Shown here: in pieces, positions 39,479 to 52,300 of the stretch
How positions within the stretch are numbered: position 1 is the first letter of the stretch
Layout of the letters: every line of letters starts with the position of its first letter
DNA from: Salisapilia sapeloensis CBS 127946
Taxonomy: Eukaryota > Protista > Oomycota
NCBI GenBank assembly: GCA_023334545.1
Contig: JAADVB010000003.1
Span: 1 to 64,000 of the forward strand
Length of the DNA stretch: 64,000 nt
Reading direction: 5' to 3'
Notes under the pieces: generated by a model
The model's input: only the letters and a program-made list of their open reading frames with translations
Databases searched by the model: none
Told to the model about the DNA's origin: nothing
Program-made: the position numbers and the translations under genes

Positions 39479-42252
39479 CTACATGTCTGCGGCCATGTCG
39501 GATGTCGGCTCTCCATCCTTGGTCTCCGTCTCGACTTTACTATCTCCTGCTGTCTCCTGTTGGTCCTCGTCATTGTCATCGTCGACAACGTCTTGCGCAA
39601 GTGTATCTTGATCCGCAGCGCTTGTGCTCTCGACTTCGACATCAGCATCGGCGTCTGTTTCATCAAACTCTTCCTTGACATCGATCGTGTCGCCATCATG
39701 ATCGGCGTTCTCGTCTAGTTCGATGATATCGCCGTCTTCGAACTTGAGTCCGTCAAAGATCGACAGCTCTCCGTTGAGACTGAGCGACATGAATGGGTCT
39801 TGATCACCTTCCGTCGGTGTCGTCTCTGCAGTAGTAGACTCCGCACTGCCTTCAGCTGCATTGCTATCATCTTCCTCCTTTTCTTCTGATTTATCTGTCA
39901 TGTACTCCTACATTAATAGTTTATTAATATCACGAATATTTATCTTTATAATAGTTCCAATACCTTTTTGACTGGGAAGATGGCTTGTAGTCGTTGCTTG
40001 GCAAGTTGCTCCAATGCGTTTTCATCTGACTTGGGTGTCACTTGCGTCTACGTCATCAGGTTACTCGCCTGCTCCTTGCTAATGACTGGCATGTATGCTA
40101 GACAGTACCTTGTAGAGACTTTCTAGCCTCTTCATGCTCTTCTTTGCTCCTTGCTTCCCGCTCTTGAGTTTCACGCCATTCGCTAGTCGATCCACTTCCT
40201 TCCCACTGTCATTTGTTTTCGTCTTACTCCATTTCTCTAATAGTCGCTGGATATCTGCTGACACAGGTCCAACGCCTTTGAATCGTGGTCGCACAAGACC
40301 TTTCGCACAAGTCACCGTCGTCTTGTACTGATCGACAGTGTTTCCACTCGGTCGACACCAACATCCATTTGGCTGTTGACCGTTGATCAAAAAGTGTTCA
40401 ATCGTTTGGATCACCTGAGCAGCTCGTTCTTCCATTGCAGAGCCAAAGAGTTTCATGCATTGGAGATACTTTCCTAGGAGTTCATACTCGAGCTGCTGCA
40501 TGATCTGACTAACGATAGCGCCGTTGAAAATGAGTTGTACTTCTGGCTGGAAGAGCTCTGGTCGAAGTTGCAGCATACCAAAGTCACTCGCGACATCTAA
40601 GAGTCCAAAGATCATCCGCATCCTGTCAGTCAGAAGCAAAAGTAGCTTAGTTTATGCATTTGGAGAATAAAAAGAGAAAAAGGTACTGGTCAGAGAAAGC
40701 TTCCCATGGATGTCCAGCAGGATCCACTGGCTGTAAACCTTTATACAGTGATCGAACAGAGCTCGTGTGGCTAAAAACATCTTGTAGTGATGCACCGATA
40801 GAAATACCAACGCGTTCTCCCCAGTATGACGCTAAGAGTCCACTCGCATACTTTGTAAAGGTCGATGGGAACGCAAGTGGTCGTCGACATTTGCCGCAGG
40901 TATTCAACTATCTTCATGTTAGCACCTGACGTACTATCATGAGAACGTGTAGGAGCTCACCTCTGGCGAATTTCGGATCCCGCAGACGGTACACAAGGCC
41001 GAGCACCGTACTTGTGGTCCTTCTAGTCCTGGATGCCACCCGAGAAAGTCATTGACAGAGAACTGTTTTTCCTGTACGACGTGCTCTATCTTGTCCTTCA
41101 ACCCATGTGCGATACTCGTCTCTTGGAGACTATACAGTCCAATCATGTAGGTGAAAACGTCTCGTACGTTTAACTGCATCTTGTCTGCTTCCGACAGCTT
41201 CTCGCGCATCCATCGCTGCAAATATGGTTCGATGAACTTGGAAGCAAAGGGTTTTAAAGGATAGCCAGCCATTTCACCTATCTCATGCAGTCGCAAGGAC
41301 GCAAGGTGTCCGAATCGACTAAATGATTTATCTGTGTTCGTTTCCATATTTAAAAACAAAATCGCGCGTCGAATGGATAAACCTGCGATACCAGCTTTCT
41401 GCATATCCTCATCCTCATTATCAGACGACCTCGTCTGCTGCATGATGGCACAACTGCCACACAACTTGCCTAGCTGCGTACTTGTCAAGGTTTCTGGACC
41501 GATACACGCTGGATGGAATGCTAGACCACACCCACCAGCACATAGCTGAACGTCAGCATCACTCTTTTCGCATAATAGACACGTCTTCGGCTCTTCTGGC
41601 TTAGTGGCAGTCACTGCCGGTCTCTTTCCCGTCGCAGTGTTTTGTACTTTTGGCGCTAAAGCCTGTGTCTGTGCCTGCATTTGAAGCACATCCTCTTGCT
41701 TTGCTGCTGACTGAGCAGTGTTACTTTTCCACATTGTGTTCTGTTGCATCGGATATGAAGCCGATGCTGTATTGTAAGGTTGCAATCTGGACGCTTGTTG
41801 CATTTGTGGGTACGCTGCTTGCATGAACTGCATTTGCATTAATTGTGGCTGCTGAACTTGCTGACCGACAGAGGCGTTATTTTGCCAGTAGGATTGCTGA
41901 TACATGGTTGGATCTAAGACCATGAAGAGCGTATTAGTGCTGCTTGATGCGAATGAATATTGGAAGGAGGGCACGTACTGGCGTAGTTTGCCGCTTGTTG
42001 CGGTTGTACATTCTGCGTATCTGAACGAGGATGCACCGAAGACGCATATGCACCATTGGATGGCATGGTATTACCCATGGCATTCATCTGCACTTGCTGC
42101 GCAGCCACGTCGTAGCCATCGTCCGTCCGTGGTCTCTTCGACTGCTGTTCATCAGCCGAAGTCGTTGCATATAGACTCTGCAGACCTTCCCCTGCATCCA
42201 CAGAAGCAGGTACTTGTGTGCTCCAATGCGTTGGATCGCTCATACCTTTCAC
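39479..42252 (-). CDS. PHD-finger protein fused to a zinc-ribbon / QW-motif alpha-alpha toroid-like domain, with acidic tail
   Basis: C4HC3 PHD (CLLC..CAGGC....H..C..CGSC); CTVCGIRN..CGKC ribbon across an intron; FLINGQQPNGCW QW-like motif; Gln-rich N-terminus; acidic last exon. Confidence 0.75.
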
Positions 42253-42387
42253 TCAAGCCCGACGGATTGGTCCGCCGCCTGTAGTCGAACTCACGTGCGA
42301 GATATTTTGTGTCTTCTGATATTTACTTTTAAGGAAACGTACAATGTATTATGTGGAATAACACGAATTGTGACAAAGCAGATCGAG

Positions 42388-43519
42388 ATGCTCGCGATTA
42401 GTGTGGCGAAGCGTTCTGGTGCGAGCAAGTACATTGCTAAGCGATGCATGTCCACGGTAGTGGATGATGAAGTGCGTAAATTTAATGAGGCATCTTCGTA
42501 CGGTTTTTAGAGTGTCAAATGGCATGATTTGGAGTTCGAAATGGAGTATGACCATGGTATTGCTTGATTTGTAGAGATTGGTGGACGCCTGGTGCTCGAA
42601 CAGGCTTTGGACCGTTGCATGATATCAATCCTGTGCGTGTCAAGTACATTCGTGAGCATGTCATCAAGCATTTCAAGGGCAGTATGAACGACCCCGAACC
42701 GCTCACGGGCTTCCATGTCGCTGACGTCGGATGTGGAGGCGGGCTTCTCTCCGAGGTAGAAGCATTCTTACGTACAGACTGCGCTCAAATGGTGATACCA
42801 AGTGTTCACATACGTAGTCCTTATGTCGTCTTGGTGGTTCCATGGTTTCGGTCGACCCTGGTGAAAGCAATATTGCCATGGCAAAGAAGCACGCGATGAT
42901 ACATCCACGCACGAGAGATATTGAGTACCGTTGTGCAACATCCCGTACGTTTATATCTATTTCTTTTGTTATCTATGTGCTTAAAATCTCGTACCGTTAT
43001 AGACGACTTGGTGAATGAGTCTGCTCAATTCGATGTTGTCTGCTCCTTGGAAGTAGTGGAGCACGTATCAGACGTGACAGAATACCTCCACTCTCTCACT
43101 GCACTCGTCAAGGTGCTATACTATTTACCTTATATCCCTATGACTATCCTAACTGATAAATATTGGAATCATCCAGCCTGGTGGACTTTTGTTCATGTCG
43201 ACTATCAACCGCACTCCACTGGCTGCAGCTCTTGCTGTTGGCGCAGCAGAATACGTCCTTGGTGTCGTTCCTCCTGGGACGCATGACTGGCGAAAGTTCG
43301 TCCAGCCAGAGGAAATCACGTCGGTGCTACAAGAGGTATAAGCGATCTAGTACTGCTGTACGTGCAAAGGTGTGACGACTATGTTTGTGAAATTGATAGG
43401 ATGGATTAGCTGTGCGGGATATCTCTGGCATTGTTGGCAATCCGATCTGCAACGACTGGAAGATTGACCCGGACATGACGGCGATCAACTACATCCTATG
43501 TGCATCCAAACCGCTTTAA
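42388..43519 (+). CDS. COQ3: Ubiquinone biosynthesis O-methyltransferase
   Basis: EVRKF...WW...GPLHDINPVRVKYI, ADVGCGGGLLSE, FDVVCSLEVVEHV, GTHDWRKFVQPEE; basic N-terminal presequence. Confidence 0.95.
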
Positions 43520-43561
43520 CGTGCATAAAATCGTTGCTTTGGAAGGAAAATCTGTTTGCAT

Positions 43562-45474
43562 TTACGTCTTTAGATTATGATAGAGCTCTACTTGATGGTA
43601 AGCTGCCATTAGCGCTTGTCGTCGCTCACCGACGTCGACATTGTCACGTTCTTTCAACTGAGCTTGCTCCTTCATCATTCGATGTAGTAGTCTCTTGCGT
43701 CCCCTTGGCGTCATTGGCCAGTTATCCATATTGGAGAGAGAAGCGACATCTTTCCATTGATGTAGAAGTGCATCTACGAATATGTATTTAGTTCTTGTAG
43801 CTACTAGGATATCAAGTCGAGACAATATTTATACTCTTTGGATTAAATTCCACATATCCGCGTACTACATCGCGACTTGCACTAGGACCAAGTTGTCCTC
43901 TTTGATGACATTTTGTTATGCACGGCCGTTATGATCTGATTGTTCTATACAAGCTACCTGATATGGTCGAATGATGTTGATGAGATAAACGCGATTGGAA
44001 TGCTCGATTTTTCGGCTAGGAGAGCTGATGTCCAGGGTGATGCCATGTGTGGGAAATTTGGGTCGACAAAGATGACTCCTTGCATACCATGTGCCGCAAA
44101 CAGTTCAACTTGGGTCGACAATGAACAGCCAGATTGAAGGTAGAGCATGAGAAAGCTGGAAGCCGAAGCTTGGTTGCTCTGACTTGATTCCAGGACGGAC
44201 GCATAAGATTTCATATCTTTTGTCGTGCACAATGGTTTTGATAACTTCTTTGGGAAAACAATCATGGAATTCTTTCCTAGTGGAAGTGTTGGAGCAGTCT
44301 GACGCGTGAGATCCAAGCTACTTGGTCTTAGAAACTATCATGATAAAGTATATACCATTAGATACAAGCATCTGAGTGACGAGTAGCAGTAATACCTCGT
44401 ACGAAAGCGATGAACCTTTGCTGTCATCTAGTCTGCTTTTGAAGATTGCTAACAGTCCGGCAACAGCCTCTTGCGTGGCAAAAATGCTCGACGTTTTCTC
44501 AACCCCGGTATCTGGATGGGTAGTATACTCGCTTGCAAAGCATGATTCTGAAAAGACCATACGCAGTTGGTTTCTAGCTATCTTTGATGATGATTGTTGT
44601 AGACGTGTGAATAAGGTTGTGCCCGAATCCATCGTGATCATAACAATCGGTATGTCGATTTTTAGAGGTAGATGCGACGGGATAAGGACCTGCTGTAGCT
44701 CAAGGCCGGATCTCTGAACTAGGATAATGCCACTAGCGCCAGCTTCTTGTACAAAGGCAGCCTTCTGATGCGGTGGACAGCCTGACATTGCCTATAAGTG
44801 TGGAATGATTAGTGCAAGTACTACAAGTCGAATTAAGTTCATTAAAGTCGTAAACACGCACTGGAACGACAACATATTTGTCAGTAGCATTGTTGTCTAT
44901 CGGGAAGCATGCATCGAGAGGGTTGGCTACAACAATATCTCGAAACCCACAGGGTGGAATTGGAGCCATTGTTGACATGAGAGCGTAAAAGCTCTCATCT
45001 CGACTTACTACGCCGTCACTGAGCACCTAGTAAGAATACATTTGAGCATTATCACAATGGTCATTATAAGCTTGGATGGCTTACCATATACTCGAGGGAG
45101 TTTGATATTTGAGGTGACTCCTTCGCACATCTTTCATCGTATGGCATAAAGTATATCGTCTTGGGAATCGTTGCTTCAGTAAGCACATTAATGGCTTCAT
45201 TCAATGATGCGTCGTGTAGACTTTGGTCGTTCACTTGCACAATTCGATCTCGAAGCATAACCATTTGTGACGCTTCAACAGTCCTAGATTGGCCATTGGC
45301 GTCCGATATGAACTCCATGACTTGTAAGCCATCATTAAGTCGAAGTCCGAGTGGCCCAGGTTTCGCAACAACAACCGAGAACCTTTGTGCTTCTTCATTT
45401 CCTTCACAGCTAGCATTTGCATCCACCACAGTTGTGCTTATCCATATAAAAACGAAGAGGCATATCCACTTCAT
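43562..45474 (-). CDS. Secreted PDZ + two PA (protease-associated) domain protein
   Basis: Signal peptide MKWICLFVFIWISTTVVDA; PDZ (GPLGLRL..DRIVQVND); PA motifs NPLDAC, GCPPHQKAAFVQEAGASGIILV..IPIVMI and GCSLSTQVELFAAHGMQGVIFV..IPIAFI. Confidence 0.75.
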
Positions 45475-45759
45475 GACCGGTCGTCGAGGTCGGAAATGAC
45501 GGATATATAGAAAGGATTAAAGGAGTATCTATTTAGGGCCCGTTTAGATCCCCACAATATTGGGTTGTATTTTCAAAACCGCAAAGTCAAACAGCTTCAT
45601 GCCTGCTTATATTCTCGCAGGAATGGCAATAAAAGCCTGAAATTTTAATATAAAGTCCGATTGTGATTATTTGAACAACTGTGTTGCCAAGCATTCCCTA
45701 CCTCTACCTCGGCGTGAAAGCAAGTGAATTTAAACACGTCTTCGGTGTGGCATTTTTCT

Positions 45760-47230
45760 TCTAAGCCTACTTGTCATTCCGTATTTCTTTCTGGTAGTCT
45801 TCGAATTCACCGACCTTGGAGCTACTCATCTCTACCCGCTGGATGTCTGAGTACAAGATTCCCATTTCTCTCCAGCCGTCCGAGTCGTAAGTTATCTTCC
45901 CTTCGTCCTCCTAGTGATAGCAGCTGATCGTTATCCACCGTCCTTATCGTCCACGAAGATTACTAGAGCAATGATAGCTTTGTCGTAGCTTTCGTAAGTA
46001 CTTCGCTTACGCTTGCGACTCTCCGATGTTCTCCTCTTCATGTTCTTCTTGTCAAACGTCTGGGTCGTGTTCGCGCATACTATCGATTCGACAAAATGGG
46101 GGATTCACCTTTTGTGATTCTGTTTATAATGGTCGATTCTGCCAATTCCGTGCTTGCTGAGAATAGCCGACTATGTTTCGCCTTTTGCCATCGGAAACCT
46201 AACGTAGCACTTCAATATAGCTTTCCTGTCAAACTAGGAGTTCAAGAGCAAGTGATTGTTCGTCTTTGATAACATAATAAAGAAACCATCTTCGAGAAGA
46301 CTTCAAGGCATGCCTGGTGCTCGAAATGTGCGCATATGAAAACGCGCGAAAGACTCAATGAGCTCTTCGCTTTACTTGCGCTATTGAGCTCTTTGCTATT
46401 ATTTCGGAACAGTAGTAGTACAGTGTTGGATGGAATAATTAAGCGATATTTATGACGCGCACTGTAACCGTCCCAGTAAAGCAACGAAGAGCTCAATAGC
46501 GCAAATATAGCGAATGAAACTTCGACCTGGATGAATTCCGACGAGACATCACGATATGCTCGACACTCGGTCCCACTGGGGCACGACGGAGGAGCGAACG
46601 ATACACGTGTATAGAATTAAAAAGATGGATAGTCGTGTACGCATAGAACGATCAGCCGACGACTTGGACATTGATCTCTACTACAGTGTTTGTGTGTTTC
46701 CTCACAAAATGCGTACTACTTCTTGATACACGATTATCCACTCAACAAACACGACCGTAAATTCTTCACGGAAATTTTGCCCGCGATACGGTGTTATGAC
46801 GAGCAGGTTAGAGGCCTAGATATTCTGGCGGACTTTGTCGTTCCGGACGAAAAACCTTGGTCGATTTATTCCAGGGGTTATTTCTAAAGTTATGGATTGG
46901 CAGGACGAGAGGTGGTGAGATGTTAGTGGATGAAGAGCAAAAGGAATTGGATGACTTAGGGCTTGATTGGAGCGCAGATGAGTCGAGATGAAAATAAATG
47001 ATCTTATTAGCCTGTAAGGTGTATGTAGAAACTTGGGTTCGTGCGGGTATGCTACAAAGGTTCAAGTTCTGGCTACGGATCTTTTTCCAAGAAACATGTG
47101 CGAGCATTTGAGACCTCATGACGGCATATCGGCAGCGGATGGCAGTCGAATTTTGAGTCGAGAGAGGCTCCTCGAATATTGATGGTGGTATGTCTACTAC
47201 ATTGAGTACTAAGAAATCCCATGTCTTCAT
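45760..47230 (-). mobile_element. Decayed copy 3, L1/Tx1-like non-LTR retrotransposon relic
   Basis: ORF 46808..47230 has LQANKIIYF, WNKSTKVF and PEYLGL (RT C-terminal-like). Downstream fragments PTLYYYCSEIIAKSSIAQVKR and KAILKCYVRFPMA...*SAILSKHG are homologous to copies 1 and 2. Confidence 0.55.
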
Positions 47231-48005
47231 CCAGAAAGCGATAGGTTAATTAAGACAAGCTTTAAAGACGTACATCGACATGTACGCAATTACAAGTGTA
47301 GGCAATCAAAGTTCTTCTTAGCAAGAAGAAGAGATAAAGCTGAAAAACATTGCACACACTGTGACGCCACATATACTGCACTTGGTTCGCTTACTCTGTT
47401 CACGCTAAAGCTAAGCCCATTCACGTCTGGAAATCACCTAGATCCTTTTTTAAAGGATGAGCAGCCACTGCTGGATCTGTACGTTTCTTTATCTTTATTT
47501 CCAAACAATTGAAATGGAACAATTAAGCACGCTCGTCTGTAACTATGATATCTCTGCTGATTGATGGCCAATCTAGCTCGGGTTGAATTTCCTATCTGCT
47601 CAAGGTCAACAGTTACTTTATCGATTTGCATTTCCCAATAAAAATAGCCATGTACATTTTGTCGTGTATTTTTGCTATTAGGAGCGCTCTTTGCTTCGAG
47701 CCGTTATCTCTTCCCAATGCGACATTATATTCATTGCATCTCGTGCTAGTTCGTGCCATTCTTCTCAAGACTCCATATGATAGTATGATGACGTGGGCGA
47801 GTAGGTCTACAGGTAGTAGACACGTATGAACACACCTGGATGACGTGTCCAATATTTTCAAGTACTCAAACATCAAATGTAGGGAGTACGAAGACAAGCT
47901 GGCAGACGTGGACGGGCATGCTGCATACAACTTGTTATCAACTCGAGCCATGCAGTCACTACACAATCCAATTGAAACCCTCAGAAACAAGTCAGCTACT
48001 TCACC

Positions 48006-48386
48006 ATGCTACTTCTGTTGTTCATGTTGGCCATGGTAAGCACCACGGCTTTGCCTATATCAAATCGTGACAGGAAGCTTCCCGACAAACCTACGCTGAG
48101 TATAAGCAACTCTTGCGACGATGGCATCCCAGACCGTTCCATAATCCAGCTCCAACTTTTCGCGAATGAACCTAACGTTCGCAAATGTCTTGATGAATTC
48201 GATCTATCCGCCAATGAGTTGGGCAAACTCAAAGACGATCATGAAGATGAGCTGTGCGAGAAAGACAGTTGCATGGAGATGATAAACTTAAGTCCGTACT
48301 TGTGGGACGTCATGGGGTGCTACAAAACAAGACCGTTTAGCCTCGACTATCGGAACCAGCACTGCAAAGGACAGCCAGGGGTTTAA
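48006..48386 (+). CDS. Secreted elicitin-like (ELL) protein
   Basis: Signal peptide; six Cys spaced C-23-C-22-C-4-C-15-C-14-C, close to the elicitin C-23-C-23-C-4-C-14-C-23-C pattern. Confidence 0.65.
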   Translation: MLLLLFMLAMVSTTALPISNRDRKLPDKPTLSISNSCDDGIPDRSIIQLQLFANEPNVRKCLDEFDLSANELGKLKDDHEDELCEKDSCMEMINLSPYLWDVMGCYKTRPFSLDYRNQHCKGQPGV

Positions 48387-49345
48387 ACTTTCCAGTATTT
48401 TGGTCTGTGAACGAGTCACATTAAAGATGATCTACGTACAAGTCTACAGGCCATCCCAGAGGAACTTGTCACTATCAATACCGGTAATTGCCGATAATAT
48501 AACTGCTATCTCCGATTGATTCTCGTATGTAATTTCATGAAGCAATCATTTGTACAGCTCTGTTGTGTCCGAGCAAATTTGATGCTTAGTTTATGATAAG
48601 CATGTGACTGCCGACCTACTGAAGCGTTGGTTCCCTGCCGATAGTCCATATCATATCTTTCTTAGCCTTTTGCCGAGTAGAAGCCATTTTCTTTTCTACT
48701 TACATTATCTAGCTCACAAGTATTGATGCCAAACATCACGCTACCTTCACATCATTCTCTGACTGCTTGGTACAAACCGTATTAGGGTCATTTCACATTT
48801 ACTCCCACACCTATCTGTTATCCTCAAATTTACCGATAATCCGAACGCCTAATGTGAATCTCTTTGCCGAACATCTCGATAGTAACCTCTGTTCCATTTC
48901 GAACCTCTCCTAGATAGAGAAGTCTACAAGCAAAAGCAGGGTTTAAAGAAAGAAATGCAAACTAGCGCTTCCACTTCCACCTCGATGTGGATAATCGATG
49001 CAATCAACTAAATTTTAATCCACACCCAAAGGTCTATTCCGTAGCTGCGCATCTGGACTATACGACTATCTACTCTTTGTTCTTGATCATCGTTTGTTGT
49101 GGTTGGTAGAACATTGTCCATACTCAAGTTTCACTTCTCACATTCTCTATACTTAAGATAAAGTAACCTTGATCAACTTGCGATAGCTGAAGGACAACTG
49201 ATAGACCATGAGACAGATATAACTTCACCAATCTCTTCAAGATGTCATATGCAAACTGACATGCATCCAATATCCTATTGCTACCAACCCAGCGTATAGC
49301 TAAAAAACGATTACATGTAACTCCAAGTCGTCTTTGCTTGTTGCG

Positions 49346-52300
49346 TTATGTCGAGGAGCTAGTCACGACCAAACCAATGGTTTCATCTCCAATTCTAGAG
49401 ATACCACAAACATCACACAAGCCACCAGCAAACTCTGGTACGTACGTCGCCGAACAATACGGACACTTGGCATCCTTTTCACCCAAGTAAATGGGCGTGA
49501 ATGATCGCGCACAGAGCGAGAATGGCTTCCCATCCTGATACTCGAGATGATGTTCGTTCCGCGCCTCCTTCTCTGCCTTCTGCAGCACCTTTTTCGCTGT
49601 CTGACGCAACTTTTCATGACGCGGATGTGACTGCACTTCCGGAACTTCCAGCAACCGACGACAGAAGGACGCCGCAGTGATAAAGTTACCAGACTTGAAC
49701 GCATTTGTCATGGCAGTCTTAAGCGTCAGGACCAAGTGCGGCGGCTGGAGTTCACAGTGAGTAAAGTAGGCACTAAGCTCGACATTCCGCTTGGGGTCAC
49801 TCTCGAGCGAGTGTCTAGCCACTTCCTCCTTTACTCGGCACCCGAGAAGGTACTCGCGACAGACACTCAGCAGTCCTTTCACCTTCTCTGCTTCTCCCTT
49901 ACTCTCTACCGACAAGAACGGAATGGTATGCAAGATCTCAAGACAACAGCTTCGGACGTTGCCGAACTTGGCACCAGTGAACGCTCTGTAGGCTTCCTTG
50001 AGTTTCTCAACAAGAGCAGGGAAGGAAACTGCGATATCTGCTTGTGAATTATCTGTCTTCTGGAGGTAGATGTGGAGAGACGGGTGGCTGCCTTGCGTCG
50101 GAAGAGACGCACTACCACCTGCGAATACAGACATGAAGACTGGTTTCAACGGTTCAAAGTTCACCACGCCGATTTGACGATGGAGTAGCTGCATGGCAGT
50201 CTCAAAGGATCCGACAGCAGCGTGATCAGCCGCGAGAGACGAGTTACGAACCCACTGCGTCGCGACGCTCGTGCCCATACTCGGTGCAGCGACGTAGTCT
50301 CCAGTCGGAGCATCACCAAAGTCATCTTCGAGCACATCTGCGTCGTCGCCAAAGTCCAGATCGTTGTCGTCAATCTCCAATTCGCCATCGCCCCATGCGT
50401 CGCCAGCATCCATCGCTAGGTCGAGACTCTCCTTCCTCTGCTCCTTCTGAGTCGTCTGCTGCGTCTGAGGTGCTGGTCCTTCCATCTCCTTCTTATCTGC
50501 AGCGATGGCATGATCCTGCATAGTGGGTTCGTTAATCTCTACCAGCGGCCAGTTCTCGTTCTCGACTTGCGCGACGCTGACGGGAGGCATCAAAAGCTGC
50601 GCATCTGCCTTGACTTCTCGACTGACGAAAGCATCGAGATCGACATCGGGATTCGTCTCGCTTAACGTCTGTCGGAGTCGTGTCGCAGCTTCCTCGAGTC
50701 CATGCGTCTCCGCCGTCAAGAGCGCTAGACCGAACTGCCCTGCAGCTTCCAGTGTAAGCACACGGGACTCGGCATCTCCAAGGTATAAGGCGTTGTGGAA
50801 ACGAGACATGACGTCATTCCGGACTTCAGCGATCTTGAGCATCTTCTGCAGCTTCTCACGGTTTCCAGTAACGAGGTAGAGGAACGAGAGACGATCAAAG
50901 TTCTTCGTACGTTGATACGCCATTTCGACGACTTGGACGTTCCCTTGTCGCAGTGCTTCGACACCGAGTTGATGCCAGCACTGCGCATCATCTAGTTCAT
51001 AAGCTGCGTTCAATGCGACTTCGAGGTTTCCACATGAAATCGCGAGTTTAAACTTGGTCTTGTCGTCCTTAACAAAGTGCAGAGCGACTTCCGGATACCC
51101 CTTTTGCGTCAAGTAGGCAATGACAGCACGACCACAGAGACGTGAATGGCGGACCATGCGCATGACTTCGGTAAATTGTTTGCGACTGAGTGCGAGTTTG
51201 AATTCACATTCAGTTAGATCGACAGCCATGGCACGCATCTTCGCTTCTCTGTCGAGACAGTAGAGCTTGGAGCCTTCCAGATGCGTTAGGTACACGGGCG
51301 AATCCAACGTCCGGATGAGTCCACTGTCTCCATTCGTCAGCGCGTACTTGATGTGATTGAGTGTCGTGTAGACAAAGACCTGGTCGGGTGCATGGCCCCA
51401 GATACCGCTCTTGATGCGGACACTTTCGGTCACAGTAGTCAAGTGGGATAGTTGCTTGTCTGCGAGGATGACTGAGTGCTTGCTGATCAATGCTACGTAC
51501 TCATAGTTTGGACTCCAGATGACGTGCTTGACGCGTGGAGCCTGGAGTTCTGCTAGGACACGTCGACTCTGCGTCTCATATAGCATCATCTTGTCATCCA
51601 CGTGCAAGAGGACGCGACCGATTACACCACCGAAGAAGAGACCGTCGGCCATACCTCCTGGAGGCGAAATCTTCTTTGTCACTTCATTCTGGAAGTTCTT
51701 GATCACAAGATGATGCGATTTGTCCAGGACAGCGAAACGGTTGCGAGCGACGAAGACAGCAGCTAGACCAGAACCGCGGCTGGACTCGGACGTGTCACCT
51801 CCAGAGCCATGGGCGAACGTCACGAGCTCGTAGGATCCACCTTCTGCGTCACTTACAAGCAACACGCTGTTGGAACCAGACGTTTGATCGAACGGATTGT
51901 AGTTCATGTGACGAGGGATGTTCCCCATGCCTGTTCCAGGCGTACCAGAGCGTCGGATTGCTGCGACTGGGACGTCGCTTCCGTCCGCGAACGAGTACAT
52001 GCGAATGTATCGCTCCTTGACGTAATAAGCGCACGAGTCATGCATGTCCATGGCAGGTCGTTCTCTCTCTAGCTTGAAGACGATCATACCAGAATCGTGG
52101 CCTGCAGCAATGAGGTTTTGTGTCGGATGCGCTTCAAGCACCCAGAAACGGTCATTCTCACGGCGGAATGTCTGGAGACCCATGCGTTTGGAGATGTCCC
52201 ACACACGAATCGATCGATCTTCCGAGTTACTTAAAATGAGCTCCTGTCGAGGATGGAAGAGGACGCACGAGACGTTGGATGTGTGTCCACGCAGCGTATC

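Noticed and set aside
47626-48039. Two same-frame ORFs separated by one TGA upstream of the elicitin-like gene
   Set aside because: No recognisable family or Cys pattern; cannot be distinguished from chance.
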